Positions 54,379 to 64,000 of a DNA stretch of 64,000 nt are shown here, piece by piece; the first letter of the stretch is position 1, and each line of letters begins with the position of its first letter. Source of the stretch: Felis catus. Lineage: Eukaryota. A model generated the notes under the pieces. The model was not told the DNA's origin, searched no databases, and worked only from the letters and a program-made list of their open reading frames with translations. A program made the position numbers and the translations under genes. The stretch spans positions 19,470,001 to 19,534,000 of the forward strand of contig NC_058383.1 of the NCBI RefSeq assembly GCF_018350175.1, in the 5' to 3' direction.

Positions 54379-54607
54379 GAGTCACGGCAACAACAAAATC
54401 GGTAACAGGAGAAGCGCTGCACGCTGAGTGCTCGCTTTGTGCCAGGCGGCGGGCTAGTCCTGCCCAGGAAGTGACACGGTGCTCGTTTATACACCGCCTT
54501 TTTGCCCAACCAGAAAGCACCCGCACCGCTGTGGACACGGTGTTTGAATCTCCAACGACTTGCTTTCTTCACGTAAAACTTATTTTGGAGGGAACGTTCG
54601 TTTAGAT

Positions 54608-54736
54608 TAGTGGTTCCCACTTTCGGCGATTTGGGCCCCCGGGGGACGTCTGGCCGTGGCTGGCGGAGACGTATCCTAGAACCTGCAGGAGAGCCCACGA
54701 GAGAGAATTGTCCAGCCCCAGTGTTGAGAAGCCCTG
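54608..54736 (+). mobile_element. MER20-like hAT MITE (deleted)
   Basis: agtggttccca...cgatttgggcccccgggggacgtctggc...gttgagaagccctg. Confidence 0.65.
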
Positions 54737-56401
54737 CCTTCCGTGAAAGGCCAACGTCCTTTGCCATAAAAGGAAGCTAATTCTAAGATAGATAAAAAGA
54801 AAGCCAAAACTGCTTAGTGCGTGCTGGCCAAACACTGTTGTGTGCCAGCGTCAGAGATGCGATAGAACCCAATGCTTTTCATTCCCGTAACTAGAGGGAT
54901 TAGAAAGGCAGTTGACACGGGCCCGCCGTTCTCATGATGCGATTCGGGGCACCTTGTGCCGTCCTTTGTCACTCGAACGTGCCTCAGATGCTGCCAGCGG
55001 CACCGCCTGGGCTCTGGGCTTCAGAAGCGCCCTGGCGGAGGACGGGGCCCCCAGCACAGTGCACAGCTGTGACCGGGCGGCCGTAGGGGCTGTTGCTGCT
55101 CTGAGGCCTCCGGACACCCCTGAGAGAGAAGCGTTGTCTCTGGGCTGGGACGAGACAGTGCAGGCCCCCCGGGATCAAGTGACTTGCACCTGCTCAGCGA
55201 ATGACACAGTGAGGACTGGAAACCATGTGCGCGGGGCTCCCCCCGTGCTGCTCCCTTCCTGGTGTGGACACCTGTGCTTTGGGACCACCCCCGCGGCAGA
55301 AGCGATGGGGCGCAGGGTGCGAACGTTTTCCGTGGGTTGTTCTAGAACCTTTCAGCCCTTTCCGAGGCTCTGGGCGCCATAACTTCTCAAGTCCTGGTTG
55401 GGTCTGTGTCGAACTGAAGAAGCTGGGCCTGCCAGCAGGTGGATCCCAGCAGGTTCTGGAGGGTCTGTCTGCATTGCTCACACCCTCGCCCCTGCTGCGC
55501 CTTCTGATCCGGCTCACGTCTCCGGTAGCGTGCTCCTGCCGGGTCCCAGGATTCCTTCGCTTGCTGCCCAGCTCAGCTCTTTCTCTTCCTCCCAGAAATC
55601 TGTTCCCAGAGTAACGGCAGAATGCTGTTCTTTCTACATCTGTGCTGAGAAGAGGGCACGAGCGACGTATCTGGAGGGCCATTGGCAAAGCATGTTCTTC
55701 ACCATGCTCTCCAGCGGCCCCACAGCACGTGGCCAGTTTACTCATAGGTCCCCTCCCCCCACCCCCAAAATGTTTGCTCTGCAGTGCAGGGGAGCACAAA
55801 GGTCTTTCTGCCGGGCCCCTTCTTGAATCTTGAGCCCTTTTGAGCCGGTCCCCCGTCAGGAAAGAACCGTTCCTCTCCCGAAGCCCTGGCACTCAGCCCG
55901 GGAAGTGATCTGGAGCCGGTGGTCCTGACAGCGGGACATTCTCGTTCTCCTGAAGCGTCTCTGCAACTGAGGAGTGCATCCGGCAAAACAGGCCCCGGGC
56001 CGCCACGGGGGTTCGTTTGCGCTGAGTGATCCGCAAGGAGTATGTTAGAGTCAGGATTTCCTTTCCCTTCAGGGACACTGGGGCTTCACAGATTTGATCC
56101 TAGGGCAGATGGCACAAGTTCATGGAAGCTTGGGCAGGAATGGGAGACAGAACACGGATCTGTCTTCTCCCTTCGTCTGTCGTTAGGCACACATCCTGAC
56201 TTACCTAGGGACAGCCTGGTCCCGGAAGCCTGCCTCTGCTTCCGTCCCATATTCCCAGAGAAACAAGCCCTCTTGACTTTCCTTCTTGAAATGTGGGCAT
56301 AGAAATTCCCTCGTGAGGCAAAGTGCACCCACAGGAATGGCGTCTGGCCCCCTAACCTTGCCAAACCTGTTGTATGTTTGTCCTCTCGGTCCTCGCTCTA
56401 G

Positions 56402-56538
56402 GAGAGTGGCAGTTCCCAAAAGACGGGGAAACACGGCCCGGGCCAAGACAAACCCCACGAAACCTACCGGCTGCTCAAACGCAGGAACCTGATCATAGAA
56501 GCCGTCACCAACCTACGCTTAATCGAGAGCTTGTTCAC
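56402..56538 (+). CDS. GTF3C1: GTF3C1 exon 11 (137 nt)
   Basis: ctctag|[53 protein letters not shown]|gtaagg (not shown in the ORF track in this frame). Confidence 0.94.
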
Positions 56539-57618
56539 GTAAGGAGCTATCTGTCTGTCTGTCTGTCTGTCTTGCACTGACAGTAAATCTCAGGCCAGCT
56601 CGTTGTCACAAGCCACAGAAATGACCGAGAGGCATTGGCGTCTTCTGCTCTATAGACTCTCGTGGCATCCCTGTCTGGTAGAAAGGATTCAGCATCTGTT
56701 CTAGTGGTTCGGAAAGTGTAGGCATTGCAGAACATAGAGATGCTAGATGGGGAGAGAGTGACTGAGCTAGAAGTGGAAGTTGGGGAGAGTTCCTCTCTCC
56801 TTGGAGGAGGGACTGAGATAACAGCATCAGCTTACGAACTTTTCTTAGGTCAGCATGGGGCCTTTTGTTCAAATGCAATCTTACATGGAAGCAAAAACAA
56901 AGAGACGCGGGTGGAACCTGTGTGTTTGCGGTGGCTCTGTTCACGGAGAGGCTCTGCACTCTGGTGGGGTCCTTTTACCCACCGTCACCGCTGCCTCCTG
57001 GGCGGCCCTCCTGGGCGCTGCCTCCTGGGCTGCCTCCTGGGCGGTGCTTCTGAGGCACTCGGCGTCAAAGCCACTCGTTCTCTAGGGAATGGGGAGACCG
57101 TGTGCAGACACTGTGGCCTCGTCTGTGCAGCGAGGGGTTTGGCTGGGCGTCCGAATGTCCTTCCGGCCCTGCCATTCGATGATCGGTGGGTGAGCTAGAA
57201 ACATCGCTGTGGTGACTCAGTAAGATGTCTGAGGAGAGGAATCAGAAAGAGCTGCGGACCTGAGAGTGTCGGCGACAGTACATTAGACAATCCTTCGGGC
57301 CTTAAATTAACCCAAAGACGGATGAAGACATCCCCGTCGTGGCGCTTAGCGTCCCTGCCGTCATCGTCAGGTTCTGGTGAAAGGCTCAGAATGTGACGCT
57401 GCTGTGCTTGGCGGCTCGTCTTTAGCTAACTCATTTATCGCCAAAAGCGTTGACTGTAACGTGTCCAGAAGTCAGCCCTTCAATGGCGAAACCCCCCTCT
57501 GACTCTCCCCGAGTTTCTGCTGGTTACCACTAGGCAGGCTCTCAGCTGCCTGGGTTGAAAGGGGTTTGAAACAGATCTTCCTTGCTGAGATTGGGAATAT
57601 TAACTTCTTCTTTTGTGA

Positions 57619-57837
<219 letters not shown>

Positions 57838-60269
57838 TGACCGGCTTCTCTTGTGCCCGTCAGATTTCACTTGTTTCTTTGCTGCCAGTAACTCAGAATT
57901 GCCCCCTGTGCCTCCCCATCTGGGTCACAGGGGCCGTGCCGATTTGCTGTGGAGGTTGGCCACTGAAAAGGGGAATAACTTGCTTGGATCTCAGAGCAGC
58001 ACGCTCAGGCCTTAGAGCAGGTGTCCGGCCCGCAGCCCAGCCTTGAACGACAGGAAGGCAAGTAGGACTCCCTGGAGCTCGGCAGGGCAGTGCTGGCCGA
58101 CATCGAGCCACATTTAGCAGGTGGACATTTAGCAGGTGGAAGGTTTAGACGAGGCAGCAAGAACAGTTTCCACCGAGATCCGAGGAGACGTCCCCGAGGA
58201 AGCGAGTGCCGGGGCGGTTTGGCAGGGGAGCCATAGATCTTCTGTCTCAGTTTATCTGTTTCTGTAAGATTTAAAGTTTGGGGCCATTCCCATAGCAACC
58301 GTAGCTCAGCAGCCCTGCTCATACTCTAAGGCCTCCATTTTTCAGGGGCAGAGTAATTTGAGATCGCCCTGCTGGGCACGGGACCGTAGGGAAGCTGCTG
58401 CGGGGACAGTCACTTGCACTTGCCTGACCTTGTCTTCTGGCTGCGTTTTAAACCTCTGCCTTAAGAAAGCTGTGCCTTAATGTTTTGTTTCCTTAATAAG
58501 CTGGCAAGGTCATTTCTGGCTTTTTTTACTTTATCTTACTTTTTTGAGACGTTCGAGGTTTGAAAAACACAGAGCGATATACAAAGTGACTTAAAGCGTT
58601 TCTGCCATTCCAGGGTGGCAGCTTTCATCAGTTTTTATACCTGCCATCGGGGCCCCTTGGCCTTGCCTCCTCCTGTCCCCTGCCGGCCTGCCACTCCTTT
58701 CCTGGAGCGGGCAGGAGGTCCGTGTGCTGATTTCTGTCATTGGAGCACAAAAGCCCCCACCCCTCAGCAGCAGCACCTGCGATTTCTGTGCATCGTCACA
58801 GAGCAGTTGCTTCAGATGCGGGCGTCCTGCTTGGGACAGTGATCGAGGACAAGAACACCCCCCCCCCACCCCCAGTCTGAGAGTGGAGAGGGGCGGCTCC
58901 CACAGGTGCCCACTGTGTCTCCGGCTCCCGTTCGGCCTAGTGTGGCATCCACCAGGCTGTGTGGAGGCAGGGGTGAGGGGTGAGGGCGGGGAAGCACCAC
59001 CTTGAAAGCGAAGGTGCCGGCACGGGGCCTCTGCCGCGGGGCACTGCTGGTGCTACCGTGCTGGTGGCCGTTTCCCGCTGGGACGAGCTGCCTCCAGAAT
59101 AAGCTTAAGTAGCTCAGCAGCTCCTTCGCTGGTTCACCGAGCGCACGCCAGCGGCAGGCTGCCTTCCGATCCCCCGAAGGCACGTTGATCCCCCAGCGCA
59201 CTCACACCCCTCTGCCCCGTGTGGCAGCGTCCGCTTCGGCCTTTGCTCCTGCGTCCTGTACTGCCCGCTGGGCCTTCGGGGAGGTGGCCGAGCCATCCGG
59301 CTGTGGACAGTGGGGAGGCAGGAAGGCCTTGTATTTGCGCCAGGCTTTTAAGGACACCGAGGTGTTACCTAACCACCTCTTTTGCGCCCCACAAAATCCC
59401 AGAAAAGTTGGCAGGGCGTGGGGGAGGGGCCCCCGTTTCACAAACGAGCCGCCCAGTCCCTGTGATCAGCCTCTCGCGGGGCATTCTTGGCCTTCTCGGC
59501 ATGAAGCCTGATGGCCAGAGTCCCACGTTTAGAAGACCTCACCTTGCTCTCTCCTGCCAGCGGCAGAGACGGAGGAGAAGCCTGGCTCTCCGGGGCCCCT
59601 GGCCCCAGGGCCTGCCACCCTGCCCGGCCAACACACTCACACCCCTCTGCTCCCCCGGGCCGTTCCCATTTGCCCTCCTAGACAGCACTCACGAAATGGT
59701 AACCGCCCTAGCCGGTCAGCTCCAGTACTTGGCAGAGGTAAAATAGCAAAAGCAGCTCTACACCCTCTGCCAGTCGGTTTCCAAGTGCGCCTGGCAGGAG
59801 TCCCACGGTGGCACTCTCGGCGAGGGGAGATTAACGAAAGCTGCTTACCTTTTCCAGATGGGAGGCCTCAGGATTCATGAACAACTGTGGGAAATTCTCA
59901 GATAGCTGGAGGGGGGCGTCAGGAGCCGGCCACCAGGTAGCTGCGGAGGCGCCCGGGCCCGGACAGCCCCGCCAGGGGACTGCAGGGCGGGTCGCTCCGG
60001 CTCCAGGCCAGAAAGTCCTCACCTGAGCAGAGCGGCACGTCACCGATGACAGAGCTCTCTCGCTCGGTCGCTGGAGGAGGGATTTTGATGCCAGAAATTG
60101 TCATGGCAGACCGTTCAGCAACACCTTTTGCTCCGGGCTTACACGTGCCTCTTGGAAGTGTTAGTGAAAGCAGGCACAGCCAGTGTTCCGGCAAGGAACC
60201 GAGCCGTAGAGCTCCGTGTCCCCCGGCTCCCCCCCTGCCCTGTGGGACGCTGCTTCGCCCTCTCTGCAG

Positions 60270-60373
60270 GTGGACCTGGTCGTGCACCCATCCATGGACC
60301 AGAATGACCCGCTCGTGAGGAGTGCCATCGAGCAGGTGCGCTTCCGGATCTCCAACTCCAGCATGGCAAACAG
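60270..60373 (+). CDS. GTF3C1: GTF3C1 exon 13 (104 nt), followed by a GC donor
   Basis: ctgcag|[42 protein letters not shown]|gcaagt gives the phase needed by exon 14. Confidence 0.92.
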
Positions 60374-61127
60374 GCAAGTCGCAGCGCCCCGCGGGAATTC
60401 ACAGGGAAGCCGCCTGGGTCTCTGTGGCCTTCCTGGAGCAGCTTTCACGAGCACCCTTTATTCGCACTCGTGTGAGATCAACACACTCACGGGCTTAGGA
60501 GCAATTTCTTGAGTTTTCAGAAAAAACAAAGTCCTCATTTCGTTCGTTCGACTCTGCCTCGCGGCATCGACAGAGCACTCCGAACCATAGGCCCTGTGTG
60601 TGCGAGGCTCGCTCAGTCCCCTAATGGCTCCAAATGAGTCCAGTGGCCTTTCTGAGGCCTTCTCTAATCTTGTGAAGTGTCTCGCGGACTGAGAAAACTC
60701 GGGGATGGGAGAAAATTCTTAGCCGGCTTTAACCTGGAGATGGCCGATGGGCAGGCAAAGGGCTCTGCGTGGATTGCGGACCTTGGCTCACGTACTTTGA
60801 ACTGGCTGCTGATTGATTTCCCATCAAATCCGTTACCTCTGGCATTTCTGAAAGCGTCAGAGGACCCGGCACGTTGGGCCGCCTTTCTCAGAAGGCTGTC
60901 CTGGAGGTGGGGGCACACTCTGCAGGTCTCCACAGCCCTTGTCGTCCCCAAACATCTCGTGACCTGACACATTTTATTCATGCACAGTATCTGCTTGGCT
61001 CCTGCGGGCAGCCAAGGTTGAAACTCCAGGGCCAAGTGGCTTCATCTGACCTGCCAGGACAGACCCTGTTCTTTCTCCCAGCTCTTGGTCCTCCCAGCAG
61101 GGTATTGATCTTCTATTTGAACTGCAG

Positions 61128-61312
61128 GGTTAAAGTGGTCCAGCCTCCAGCGCCTCAAGCAGAAGCTGAAGAAGAAAGTCCAGAAAAAGAGGGTCCGAGC
61201 GGATCAGGAGACTCTCAGCTGAATACTTCCTCCAAATCAGAAACCGGACGGGTGAAAAAAACGGATGAGAAAATGGGCATCACCCAGCTGAAAAATTATC
61301 ACCCTGTTGTAG
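61128..61312 (+). CDS. GTF3C1: GTF3C1 exon 14 (185 nt)
   Basis: ctgcag|[24 protein letters not shown]...[18 protein letters not shown]|gtaaaa. Confidence 0.92.
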
Positions 61313-62761
61313 GTAAAAAGCAGCTTCTCGTCGACGTCTGACGGTGTGTCGGTGGTTGGTGGTTGGCTGCATGATGGTGTTCGAGTCACTTGGTGTTCTG
61401 CAGTCTAGCACTCGGCTAGAGTCCGAGGAATCAGGTTTGCGTGGCTAGCTGGGTCATGTGGGGCTGGCCACGTGACTTCTGCTGCCGTCAGTACCCCCAT
61501 CTGCAAAATGGGCATGGCCTCTGCCCAGTGGGCCTCACTTCTGAGTATGAGACTCAGATGAAACTGTGCTAGATCCTAGCGAGAGGAGTTAGGCACAAAG
61601 ATTCATTCTGCTCCGCATCCTTGGGCTGGAATATGAACCACATAAACCACAGAAAACCTCCGTCCCTCCCGACCCCATAGACCTTCTGGTAGATCTAGTC
61701 ACTGATGAGTTTGAACACCATGTCATTTTCCCAGAGTCCATTCTCCGACAGGGTTGCCTCCTCCCTTGGCCCCCATCGAGCCGCCCTAGTGTGAAAGTGT
61801 GCAGGCCCAGTGCAGGCGGCCAGGTACGCGTCACTCTTCTCCCGGCTCATGGGGCACGGGCCGTGGCCCAGTGTGGGCGCAGTGCAGCAGACCTGAGATC
61901 CCGGGGCAGAAGACAGCGTGTGTGTGTGTGTGTGTGCGCATGACCTCTCTCGGTGCGCCACATCACCGCAGGAGGCCTGCCCTTGCTCTGCAGGTCCCGG
62001 GGTGTTCTGTGGTTAGCAACCACAGTCCGTGGGAGCCCAGGGCCAGGGCCAGTGCCGGGGCAGCAGATCGGCCCACGCGCTGGCCACACAGAAGGCAGTG
62101 AGCATGCTGCTCGAGTGGGCACGGCGGTGGAGGAGGGCCTCTGCCCCCTTGCCCTCGCTCCCTGATCCTGTGGCTCCTTACTTTCTCTCCTGTCCTCTCT
62201 TCTTGGGAAAAGCCAAGGAGTACTTTATTTGTGTCAACAAAGAAACAGGATGCTTTCAAAGAACCCCGATGTGGGGGTGTTTTGCACAGCCCTGTCAAGC
62301 CCGGGTCCCCGTGCGGAGGCCTGTCAGGCTCTGTGTGGCGGTATCCTCCTCTGTCACACTCTGGCTCGCTCACTGCACTCTCCTCCTTCCTTGCCCCCCC
62401 CGCCATTCCCCCGGCCTCTGGCCCTCCACGGTATGTGCCGGGCACACGCTTACCTCCGGCACCTTGAGTTTGTCCCAGGGTGCACATCCCCAAGTCCCTG
62501 CGTGTCCCCCCCCCCCCACCACCACCACCTTACTTGCCCTCTAGGTGGAATTCTAGCCCTCCTCCCACGTCCCCACTGGTTCTCTGCACCGGCCGTTTCC
62601 ATCTGTCGTGTGACTTTAGGTATCTTGTTAATACCTAAAAAGTATTAGAAAGTAAGTTCTGTGAGAGTCCGAACAGCGCTCACTGTGAGTTTGAGTGGAC
62701 TGAACTGAAGTGAATCTGGGAGTTTTCAAGCATTCCCTCCCCCCACCCCCTCTTGCCTCAG

Positions 62762-63040
62762 TTCCAGGACTTGGCCGTTCTCTAGGATTTCTGCCCAAAA
62801 TGCCTCGCCTGCGGGTGGTACACATGTTTCTGTGGTACCTAATCTACGGGCACCCTGCCAGCCATGTGCGGACAAAGCTGGGCCTTGGCAGTGAAAGAAG
62901 AATGGGAAAGCAGGAGTCAGGCAGGATGGGAGTCCGGCCCTTCTCCAGAAATTACATGGAGACCTCCTCTGATGCCCTGCCCAAGGACAGCCTAGGGGGA
63001 ACCTTCCTGGAGACTGAAGTGGAGCCCCCCACGGAGAAAG
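62762..63040 (+). CDS. GTF3C1: GTF3C1 exon 15 (279 nt)
   Basis: cctcag|[38 protein letters not shown]...; G|gtgagc. Confidence 0.94.
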
Positions 63041-63230
63041 GTGAGCTGTTGCCCTCTGGAGGGGAGTCCTAATGGTTCCTCATCCTTCTCATCTGAACTG
63101 GCTGAATCCCCACAGCGCCCCATCAAAGTAGAGTCATAATCTAGACTCTATGAACCCGTGGGCCTCCTGCCTGACAAGTAGGGTTTTGCCCGAGTTTGTG
63201 GTGAGAGGGAATCCAGACCTACCGGGATGA

Positions 63231-63476
<246 letters not shown>

Positions 63477-63530
63477 TAGACCGGAGGACCTACACTCACC
63501 TGGTCAAGGGAAAAAGTACTTCCAGACATG

Positions 63531-63862
63531 TGGTTGGATGGATGGATGGAAGGAAGGAAGGAAGGAAGGAAGGAAGGAAGGATTGGATGGGTGGATGGTT
63601 GGGTGGATGGATGAGTGGGTGGAAGGAAGGTAGGAAGGGAGGGAGGCATGGAGGGAAGGGGGATAGATGGAGATGAGATGAGATGGATGGATGGAGAGAT
63701 TAGGTGAATGGGTGGGTAGATAGGCAGACAGATAGGTAGGTGATGGAGAATGATTGGATGGATGGACAGCTTGGATGGATGGATGGGTGGGTGGGTAGAT
63801 AGATAGGATAAACAGGATGGCTGGATAGACATAGATAAATTATTGGCTGGATAGATGGATGG
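63531..63862. repeat. Compound (GGAT)n/(GGAA)8/(GATA)n purine-rich tract
   Basis: Direct reading; (GGAA)8 at 63548-63579. Confidence 0.92.
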
Positions 63863-64000
63863 TTGCTTGGTGTGTCAAAGGAAATACTTGAAAGACTTAA
63901 AGTTAGATCAATTAGATATATCGAAAGAGACAAAAAATTATGTTGTAGCAATATGCTTCTAGAAATTTGGTAAATACCAAAAAAGGAGACAATAGGTTCA

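Noticed and set aside
55194..55892. 232-aa - strand ORF and many other 100-200 aa ORFs at 42-62 kb
   Set aside because: Expected from stop-codon scarcity in GC-rich introns; no recognisable domains

Overview
Mammalian genomic DNA, almost certainly felid (about 30 carnivore tRNA-derived SINEs, including young felid SINEC_Fc-type copies). Two genes sit head-to-head on a CpG-island bidirectional promoter at ~17.0-17.3 kb. On the + strand are coding exons 1-16 of GTF3C1 (TFIIIC 220 kDa B-box-binding subunit; 17305-63431; 2790 nt = 930 codons, phases consistent, gene continues past the window). On the - strand is the 7-nt first coding exon of KATNIP (KIAA0556; ATGGACG|gtgagt at 17019-17025); bases 1-17018 appear to be its intron 1. 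The rest is intronic: SINEs, MIR, L2, L1 fragments, hAT/Tigger DNA transposon relics, an ERV-type solo LTR, a MaLR LTR and microsatellites. I found no convincing wholly new biological system. The best leads are: a fully signalled 65-nt candidate poison exon in GTF3C1 intron 6; a GC-AG intron 13 with competing in-frame acceptors; a solo LTR, sense to KATNIP, with TATA, a perfect NF-kB site and an ETS site; X-box-like and B-box-like motifs in the shared promoter; and repeated SINE-in-SINE nesting at the same internal site. Gene and repeat family names come from recalled sequences, not database searches, and repeat boundaries are approximate.
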